DNA of 41,570 nt, from the NCBI GenBank assembly GCA_027859125.1, contig JAQIBK010000048.1, forward strand, positions 1 to 41,570, written 5' to 3'. Shown here one piece after another: positions 35,787 to 41,570 of the stretch (its first letter is position 1; each line of letters opens with the position of its first letter). A program made the translations under genes and the position numbers. This DNA is from Actinomycetota bacterium. GTDB lineage: Bacteria; Actinomycetota; Coriobacteriia; Anaerosomatales; UBA3086. The notes beneath the pieces were generated by a model. It saw only the letters and a program-made list of their open reading frames with translations. It had not been told where the DNA came from and made no database searches.

Positions 35787-36437
35787 ATGAACCTGACAGC
35801 GCTCTTCTTGAACTGCACGCTCAAGCGCTCGCCCGACATCTCGAACACGCAGGCACTGATCGACAAGGTGGCCGCATTGCTTTCTGAGCAGGGCGTTACG
35901 AGCGACTCCATCAGAGTGACCGACTACCGCGTAGCATTCGGCGTATCTTCCGACGAGGGCGATGGTGACCAGTGGCCGGAGATTCTCGAACAGGTCAAGG
36001 CCTGCGACATCCTGGTCGTCGCAATGCCGATCTGGTTCGGCGTGCGGTCATCGGTGGCGCAGCTCGTGATGGAGCGGCTCGACGGCACCTACGCTGAAGG
36101 GGATCCGGTAACAGGCCAGTACCCGTTGTACGGCAAAGTCGGCGGGGTCATCGTCACCGGGAATGAGGACGGGGCACACGATTGCTGCGCCAACACTCTT
36201 TTCAACCTCACCCACCTCGGCTGCGTGGTGCCACCCAACGTCGACTGCTACTGGGTCGGTGACGCGGGGCCCGGGCCGAGTTACCTCGCCGCTGAGGGGG
36301 ACAAGCATCTGTATACGAACCGAACGGCACGCTACATGGCCCACAATCTGGTGTGGGCTGCCAAGATGCTGAAGTCGAACCCGCCTGACATCAATCTTAA
36401 GGAGCTGGACTCGCAGGCCAAGGCCGTCAGCCGGTAG
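35787..36437 (+). CDS. flavodoxin-fold NAD(P)H-dependent FMN reductase-like oxidoreductase
   Basis: MNLTALFLNCTLKRSPDISNT...ILVVAMPIWFGVRSSVAQLVMERL...GGVIVTGNEDG is typical of FMN_red/flavodoxin-like-fold proteins. ATG 35787 is preceded by GAGAAAGG. The ORF-track start at 35664 overlaps the ABC-F gene. Confidence 0.7.
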   Translation: MNLTALFLNCTLKRSPDISNTQALIDKVAALLSEQGVTSDSIRVTDYRVAFGVSSDEGDGDQWPEILEQVKACDILVVAMPIWFGVRSSVAQLVMERLDGTYAEGDPVTGQYPLYGKVGGVIVTGNEDGAHDCCANTLFNLTHLGCVVPPNVDCYWVGDAGPGPSYLAAEGDKHLYTNRTARYMAHNLVWAAKMLKSNPPDINLKELDSQAKAVSR

Positions 36438-36503
36438 ATAGCCGACCGCGTCGCCGTATCGCATACCTCCACTCTGATCTTCGCAGCGATAATCCTCTGT
36501 TTC

Positions 36504-36722
36504 ATGCTCACGCCAGCCTCGGCTTTTGCTCACCATGTGGGCGGTGTTGAGGATGCGATGCCCGCAGACCAGTGGGACTTCGTGGACAGCGTTGCTCACG
36601 GGGCAAGCGCCGACGGGAACACGGACATGGAGACTGCGCCTGGTGATGAGGCCGGAGCCGAGACCTTGGCCGGTGAGATCAACTGGAACGTCACCGGCGA
36701 CGCGAACATGAACACGCCATAG
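36504..36722 (+). CDS. possible small acidic protein. The reading frame is continuous with the upstream reductase across a single TAG.
   Basis: 72-codon ORF with coding-like third-position GC. The in-frame sequence between the TAG at 36435 and ATG 36504 has no stop. Together with the ORF's first residues it encodes a signal-peptide-like stretch (..DRVAVSHTSTLIFAAIILCFMLTPASAFA/HH), but there is no canonical start in front of it. Confidence 0.3.
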   Translation: MLTPASAFAHHVGGVEDAMPADQWDFVDSVAHGASADGNTDMETAPGDEAGAETLAGEINWNVTGDANMNTP

Positions 36723-37039
36723 CACGGACTCGACCATCGCACTTTCGCCGCCCAAAGGTTTGAGTGCATACCCCTCGACTCGCTAGTTCCGAATAGACGC
36801 ACATGAATCAACACTCCGGCGGAGCGCGTTGCTGCGCCCCCCTCAGAAACGGGTGAGAGGCCGATTCTCGGTTCCACTTCGTCTCCTTGTGCAACTGCGA
36901 GGCAATGGCCGTCTACTGCCCAAACACAACGCGGCCAAATCATGACTTGGAGGCTCATTTGCTATACTAGCTCCACCGAGGCGTGAAAGACGTTCGTGAT
37001 TTGCGCCCAAAATCAGCCCCCCCGAGGAGGCTCCATAGC

Positions 37040-38350
37040 GTGCAGATATCCGACACAGGAACCGAAAACATCAAGGTCAGTCCCAAATCGCGGAGGATAG
37101 ACCCGCTCACCGATGACTGGCTGTGGCAACTCAAGAACTCGATCAATACACTTGAGGGGGTTGAGGAGTTCCTGGATGTCCGATTCGAGCCGGCCGAGCG
37201 TTTGCTGCTTGAGAGGACGCTTGAGAAGTTCCCTCTCTCCGTGACCCCCTACTATCTGTCACTAGTGGAGACGGAAGACTTTCGCAACGATCCCGTCTTC
37301 ATGCAGGCGGTTCCCTGCGCCGATGAGTTGATCGTCCAAGAGCACGACATGGCCGACCCTCTCGCCGAGGACACCGACAGTCCCGTTCCTCTGATCACCC
37401 ACAGGTACCCTGATCGCGTGCTGCTACGCATAAGCAATACGTGCTCGATGTACTGCCGCCACTGCACTCGCAAGCGAACAGTCGGCGATACGGACTCGCT
37501 GCCGATGCCCGACGAAATCGAAGTGGCTCTCGATTACATCCGGTCCACCAAGGGCGTTCGTGACGTCCTTCTCTCGGGTGGCGACCCGTTGATGCTCTCT
37601 GACTCGCGTCTGGATCAGATACTGACGGCACTGGATGAGATCGACCACGTCGAAGTGGTACGTTTGGGCACCCGCATGCCGGCCGTTCTCCCACAGCGCA
37701 TAACCGAAGACCTTTGCAAGATGCTTTCGACCCATCAACCACTTTGGCTGAACACACATTTCAACCACCCCAACGAGATCACACCGGAATCCAAAACTGC
37801 ACTCCGTCGTCTGGCAGACGCAGGGCTACCCCTCGGCAATCAATCAGTTCTGCTGGCCGACGTGAACGACTGCCCCCGCATCATGCGGAAACTCGTCGAA
37901 CGTCTCGTGGCCAACCGCGTCCGACCCTACTATCTCTACCAGTGCGACCTCTCCGAGGGCCTGTCACACTTCCGCACACCGGTGAGCAAGGGGATCGAGA
38001 TCATCGAGAACCTGATCGGCCACACCAGTGGCTTCGCTGTGCCGAGATACGTGATCGACGCACCGCATGGCGGCGGCAAGATCCCAGTGATGCCCAACTG
38101 CATCGTCTCCTGGGCACCGGACCGCGTTGTCTTGCGCAACTACGAGGGTGTCATCTGCACATACCAGGAGCCGGTCGACTACGACCGCTCACAGTGCAAC
38201 CACGAGTGCGCGACGTGCGACTTGACCGGCCCTCCCCCGTCAAAGAGGACCATCCACGGTATCGCAGGTCTGATGCTTGATAACAACGACACCGACGCAC
38301 TCGTGCCCGAGGACAACGAGAGGCATAGCCGCCGAGACGACGAAGCGTAG
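37040..38350 (+). CDS. ablA: lysine 2,3-aminomutase (KamA/AblA family radical SAM enzyme)
   Basis: [12 protein letters not shown] radical-SAM CxxxCxxC motif in a KamA-like context ([53 protein letters not shown]). GTG 37040 is preceded by GAGGAGG at a 9-nt spacing. GTG 36983 is the ORF-track alternative. Confidence 0.85.
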   Translation: MQISDTGTENIKVSPKSRRIDPLTDDWLWQLKNSINTLEGVEEFLDVRFEPAERLLLERTLEKFPLSVTPYYLSLVETEDFRNDPVFMQAVPCADELIVQEHDMADPLAEDTDSPVPLITHRYPDRVLLRISNTCSMYCRHCTRKRTVGDTDSLPMPDEIEVALDYIRSTKGVRDVLLSGGDPLMLSDSRLDQILTALDEIDHVEVVRLGTRMPAVLPQRITEDLCKMLSTHQPLWLNTHFNHPNEITPESKTALRRLADAGLPLGNQSVLLADVNDCPRIMRKLVERLVANRVRPYYLYQCDLSEGLSHFRTPVSKGIEIIENLIGHTSGFAVPRYVIDAPHGGGKIPVMPNCIVSWAPDRVVLRNYEGVICTYQEPVDYDRSQCNHECATCDLTGPPPSKRTIHGIAGLMLDNNDTDALVPEDNERHSRRDDEA

Positions 38351-38354
38351 TATC

Positions 38355-39218
38355 GTGACCACAGCACACCCCGCAAGCACGCAAGACAGTAGCCCCGATC
38401 GTACGGAGCGAATCGACGGAGCTCTCGTTCAGCACGGTCACTGCAGCGACAGGGTGTATCTTCTCAAGCCCAGTCCGGATGCGATTGCTGACATCGCGCT
38501 TCTTGAGCGCCTGGCGGCGGAGCACGGCTACTCCAAACTCTTTGCGAAGACCACCGGCGCCGTGACTCGAGTCTTCCTGGATGCCGGATTCGGAGTGGAA
38601 GCTCATATCCCGTCCGGAGTATCTGGCGAGGAAATATCCTTCTGCACGCGATTCCTCACCGCAAACAGGGCGGCGGAACGCTTCCCAGAGGCAGTGGAAG
38701 CAGCCTTGACTCCCCCTATTCGGAGCCGGTCTGCACGCAGCGCTGCCCCCACCGTGAACGTCCAAGCGCTTGGACTGCAGGATGTGCCCGATCTCGTGGA
38801 GCTGTACTCCCATGTGTTCGCCAGCTACCCATTCCCCATCGACGACCCCGCCTTCCTGCACCATTCGGTGCTCGAAGGGACCCTGTTCGTTGGCGTCCGC
38901 GATGATACGGGTCGTCTGATCGCTGCAGCGTCTGCGGAACTGTGCAACGAGACACTCACATGTGAGCTGACGGACTTCGCCACTCACCCGGACAGCCGAG
39001 GTGCGGGACTTGCCAGCGCGCTGCTGACCGGACTGGAGACTGCGGTGACGGCACAGGGTATGCGCGTGGCGTACACGATCGCGCGCGCCACCTCGGCGAG
39101 CATGAACTCAGTGTTCGCCCGGCGCGACTACACCTATGCTGGCACGCTCGTGAACAACACCCACATCTCGGGCCGGATCGAGAGCATGAACGTGTGGTAT
39201 CGCACGCTGGATATCTAG
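38355..39218 (+). CDS. ablB: beta-lysine N6-acetyltransferase-like GNAT (AblB/YodP family)
   Basis: It lies immediately downstream of ablA. The C-terminal GNAT motif A is HPDSRGAGLASALL. The ending NNTHISGRIESMNVWYRTL resembles the AblB/YodP family. Start placed at GTG 38355, just after the ablA stop. The ORF-track ATG 38277 would overlap ablA by 74 nt. Confidence 0.7.
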   Translation: MTTAHPASTQDSSPDRTERIDGALVQHGHCSDRVYLLKPSPDAIADIALLERLAAEHGYSKLFAKTTGAVTRVFLDAGFGVEAHIPSGVSGEEISFCTRFLTANRAAERFPEAVEAALTPPIRSRSARSAAPTVNVQALGLQDVPDLVELYSHVFASYPFPIDDPAFLHHSVLEGTLFVGVRDDTGRLIAAASAELCNETLTCELTDFATHPDSRGAGLASALLTGLETAVTAQGMRVAYTIARATSASMNSVFARRDYTYAGTLVNNTHISGRIESMNVWYRTLDI

Positions 39219-39287
39219 AGCCGAATGCGTTGCCCCCCTCGCCTCAGGAAGGAAGAACTGTGGTGGACGCTGGGGTCGCGGCCTCCA

Positions 39288-39695
39288 CTACGGCTCCAAG
39301 GACGAAGTTCGATCCTCTGTGACTCGCATCCACGCCTCGAGTAGGATCGCGCACGCTTCTCGCTGTCCCGTCATCAAGACACTGACTGCAGCACTCGCCG
39401 CGGTCTCATCCAGTGTTGACGCCGAAGTGCTTGCCGTTGCAGTAAGTGACTCTGCAACGGTTCGATTGGATTCGAGTAGAGCACGTGCTTCCTCATCCGA
39501 TAGGTCGCGTTCGGCTATAGAGTCATGCTGTCGGTCAAGAAGATGCTCGGCTTGCGCCTGCTGTTCAATCAGTAGCGCGACAGCTTCGGCATCCGCACCA
39601 TTCTGTATCCGTTTAGCCTCAGCGCTTGAGGCGGCAAGCACATCAATGGCCCTCTGTCTTGCAGCGAGAAGTATCTCTCGTTCCTCATCGCTCAC
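39288..39695 (-). CDS. hypothetical helical protein (Ala/Glu/Ser-rich)
   Basis: The minus-strand ORF is amphipathic and helix-like, whereas the mirror plus-strand ORF is Ser/Arg/Cys-rich junk. GTG 39695 is preceded by GGAGGGGAG. Third-position GC looks lower than in the core genes. I recognise no motif. Confidence 0.45.
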   Translation of the reverse strand: MSDEEREILLAARQRAIDVLAASSAEAKRIQNGADAEAVALLIEQQAQAEHLLDRQHDSIAERDLSDEEARALLESNRTVAESLTATASTSASTLDETAASAAVSVLMTGQREACAILLEAWMRVTEDRTSSLEP

Positions 39696-39816
39696 ACGGC
39701 TGCTCCCCTCCAACTAGGTACTCGATCCAAGTCAAGTATATTGCGGTCGTGGGCGTACGCACAACGTCATGCACGAAGGTATGCTGTGAGGAACACGCCT
39801 CCGCGGGACAGCGTCG

Positions 39817-40146
39817 CTACGTCAGGTCTTTCACCTCTGCATCCGGCGCGTTCTTCTTCATGAACTCAATGGCATCATCACGCGCGCTGGCAGTCTCGTA
39901 GTACTCACTGGCACCGATTGCTTGACCGTTGGCTGCATCAAGGCGGAACCGGAATTTTCCGTCGGCAGTCGTGGTGCGCCGGTAACGGCCCTCATCGGGC
40001 GCGTTCTTCTTCACTGATTCGATGCCGTTCACGCAGGCGGCCTTCGTCGTGTACGCCTCGCTCGTGAGGATGGCCTCGCTACCCACTTTCAGATTGAACA
40101 TCAACTGCTCATCCGATCGGGTCTCAATCTCGAAGTGCCCTGCCAT
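39817..40146 (-). CDS. yegP: YegP-family (DUF1508/UPF0339) tandem-repeat protein
   Basis: Two repeats of the F.F.L.A.NG..I..SE.Y....A...GIESV pattern (FEIETRSDEQLMFNLKVGSEAILTSEAYTTKAACVNGIESVKKNA and KFRFRLDAANGQAIGASEYYETASARDDAIEFMKKNA). ATG 40146 is preceded by GGAGGA. Confidence 0.8.
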   Translation of the reverse strand: MAGHFEIETRSDEQLMFNLKVGSEAILTSEAYTTKAACVNGIESVKKNAPDEGRYRRTTTADGKFRFRLDAANGQAIGASEYYETASARDDAIEFMKKNAPDAEVKDLT

Positions 40147-40210
40147 TGCGTCCTCCATCTCTGAGTGGTCCCGGGCTCATTTCCCGGCTCTTCGGTGAAC
40201 GTGCCGTTGT

Positions 40211-40249
40211 CACTCTCTACCCCTTCGGACACTCTCTGCCCCCTTGGGG
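40211..40249. repeat. imperfect tandem direct repeat (2 x about 19-20 nt)
   Basis: CACTCTCTACCCCTTCGGA (40211-40229) is followed directly by CACTCTCTGCCCCCTTGGGG (40230-40249). The second copy contains the palindrome CCCCTTGGGG. It lies in the yegP / baeRF-like divergent intergenic region. Confidence 0.6.
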
Positions 40250-40422
40250 TCACCGTCGCGCAACCGGAACGTCTGGCGAGACGTACTTGTAACCGCTCTC
40301 AAGAGCACATCGGGGACCAGTCTCTTCTGGACTCATGACCGCACCGATGGACTTGCGAGACGAATGGGCATGACTCCTATGGGGCTCGCACAGGGCCCGT
40401 TCCCACAACTGAAGGAGACGCA

Positions 40423-41427
40423 ATGCTGCACGTCGATATTCCGACCCGCGCCGACATCGAACGACTGGCGGCAATCCGCTCGGACGCGTGTCTCTCGATC
40501 TACCTTCAGACAAGCCCTGTCACCACTGAAGCCTAGGCCGATCGCATCCTGCTCAAAAACCTCGCTCGCGCCGGCGCCGAGGACCTGCGAGCGCAAGGCG
40601 TGGCCAAGAAGACGGTCGACGCCATTGTGGAGTCGCTCGACGACCTCGTCGACGACAGCTCGTTCTGGAACTACCAGGCCAACAGCCTCGGAGTACTGGC
40701 CACAGAGGATGCTGTACTCACCTTCCGGCTGCCCACGATGCTCGAACCCGCCGTCGAGGCAGCCGACCGCTTCTTTATGAAGCCGCTGCTTCGCGCCGTG
40801 ACGATGCCGCAGTCCGCCTTTGTCCTGGCGCTCGCGCAGGGCTCAGTTCGCTTGGTCGAGGTCATGGCCGACCTGCCCGCGTTCACACTGAAGATCGACG
40901 GGTTTCCTGAAGACATCGCCAGCGCGATCGGCGTGCCCTCGATCACCGGGCGCTCCCCCAGCGGGCGCATCCAAGGCTCAGAAGGCCAGAAGGTCCGCAT
41001 GCGCCAATACGCTCGCGCGATCGACGCCGCCTTGCGCGACACGCTCGCCGGTCGTGAGACGCCACTGATCCTGGCGGCAACCGAGCCACTCGACTCCATC
41101 TACCGCTCGGTGAACACCTACCCCTTCCTCGCCGAGAAAGGGGTCGCCGGTAGCCCCGAGCAGACCACCGACTCCACTCTGGCATCCGCGGCAAGGCTCA
41201 TCTTGGACAGCCTCTACGAGGATTCGCTCAAGGAACTAGCCGAGGAGTTCGAAGTGCGCACCGGCCAAGGCCGCACCACGACCGACGTCGTGAAGACGGC
41301 GCGTGCTCGCCTCAGGTGCGCGCGTCATGGCAGTATGGAGCAGCGACATCCCCGGGGGCGGCAGCCTCTCAGCGATTCTGCGCTACCCGCTATGGCGGGT
41401 AGCTGTGCTTCCCATATAGGTTGTTGA
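40423..41427 (+). pseudogene. decayed baeRF-like (bacterial archaeo-eukaryotic release-factor-like) gene: in-frame TAG plus internal deletion/frameshift
   Basis: ATG 40423 with GAAGGAG upstream encodes MLHVDIPTRADIERLAAIRSDACLSIYLQTSPVTTEA. An in-frame TAG follows at 40534-40536. The same frame then continues ADRILLKNLARAGAEDLRAQGVAKKTVD... into ORF 40600..41427. Near 41300 the expected C-terminus (GARVMAVWSSDIPGGGSLSAILRYPL) appears in another frame. Confidence 0.6.
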
Positions 41428-41480
41428 CGAAGTGAGGACTCGGCTGTAGGGGCCACGCGAATGAATGGGGTACCGCCACC

Positions 41481-41570
41481 ATGAGAGTGCGGATTCTCGA
41501 CTACTTGGATCACGCTCGCTCCAGTTTCTGGTTCCTCCCGACAGTTATGGCTGCCGGAGCGATCGCACTG
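41481..41570 (+). CDS. 5' end of a membrane protein gene (DUF2254-like N-terminus?), truncated by the window edge
   Basis: ATG 41481 encodes MRVRILDYLDHARSSFWFLPTVMAAGAIAL. A charged N-terminus followed by SFWF.P and a TM helix is the pattern I associate with DUF2254-type membrane proteins. Only 30 codons are visible. Confidence 0.35.
   Translation, partial: MRVRILDYLDHARSSFWFLPTVMAAGAIAL

Noticed and set aside
36596-36958. Minus-strand 120-aa ORF in the gap upstream of ablA.
   Set aside because: The translation is rich in Trp, Arg, Ser and Cys. There is no SD and no recognisable motif, and it overlaps the plus-strand small ORF.
39260-39288. Imperfect hairpin (GTGGTGGACGC / GCGGCCTCCAC, 9 of 11 bp) between the convergent ablB and hypothetical genes.
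   Set aside because: It has two mismatches and no T-tract on either strand, and it overlaps the stop codon of the minus-strand ORF. That is too weak to call a terminator.
39319-39717. Plus-strand 132-aa ORF mirroring the minus-strand hypothetical.
   Set aside because: Its Ser/Arg/Cys/Ala-rich low-complexity translation looks like an antisense artefact. The minus-strand frame has an SD + GTG and an amphipathic helical sequence. I am not fully certain of this.
36435-40536. Genome-wide TAG reassignment or read-through (pyrrolysine-like) as an explanation for the two open frames that continue across TAG.
   Set aside because: TAG is the terminator of several well-delimited genes in this window: both SBPs (4759, 6032), ACT1 (7317), the NlpC/P60 gene (10211), the channel gene (13287) and the GGDEF-like gene (24940). 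No pyl genes are visible.
1-41570. Looked for tRNA/rRNA genes, CRISPR repeats, IS elements with transposase or integrase genes, and prophage or toxin-antitoxin modules.
   Set aside because: No cloverleaf-like conserved blocks (GTTCGAATC-type T-loops) occur in the intergenic gaps. I saw no regularly spaced repeats and no transposase-, integrase- or phage-like translations in any frame. The only decay signature is the baeRF-like pseudogene.

Overview
41.6-kb chromosomal window from a high-GC Gram-positive genome. It looks like Actinomycetota. The split GcvPA/GcvPB, LipM and indolepyruvate:ferredoxin oxidoreductase suggest a deep-branching, probably anaerobic lineage. I support about 45 protein genes. 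I saw no rRNA, tRNA, CRISPR array, IS element or integrase. Positions 69-33865 are almost entirely minus-strand and tightly packed, with many ATGA/GTGA/TGATG start-stop overlaps. (1) 69-10191 is an 11-gene operon: iorA-iorB-ACT-2xSBP-livHMGF-paaK. (2) 10211-12605 is a divergent pair of coiled-coil cell-wall hydrolases (NlpC/P60 and RlpA-like DPBB). (3) 12695-23592 is a minus-strand run: dac, gcvT-gcvH-gcvPA-gcvPB-lipM, a small RsiG-like protein, a small hypothetical, a zinc-ribbon-FHA (GarA/OdhI-like), a MerR/FtsR-like regulator, a nuclease-fold-like hypothetical, hpt, an RCK potassium-channel homologue and apt. (4) 23713-24942 is a plus-strand islet: a type IV pilin-like gene plus a membrane protein with a degenerate GGDEF domain. 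(5) 24927-33865 holds a second ACT+paaK pair, VanW/G5, DUF881-sbp-DUF881, a ManC-phosphohexomutase-like fusion and pgsA. (6) 33950-41570 is plus-strand-biased and looks accessory: ABC-F ATPase, flavodoxin-fold reductase, ablA-ablB (N-epsilon-acetyl-beta-lysine osmolyte genes), an atypical-composition hypothetical, yegP, a decayed baeRF-like pseudogene and the start of a membrane protein. The most interesting lead is a possible c-di-GMP-related theme. It consists of a single-motif RsiG-like protein (E-x3-S-x2-R-x3-H-x3-D), a GGDEF-like protein that has lost the catalytic site but kept an RxxD I-site at canonical spacing, and a sigma-28/WhiG-like promoter candidate in front of the orphan pilin gene. 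All functional calls come from reading the translated ORFs and motifs by eye. No database search was run, and start codons are often ambiguous.
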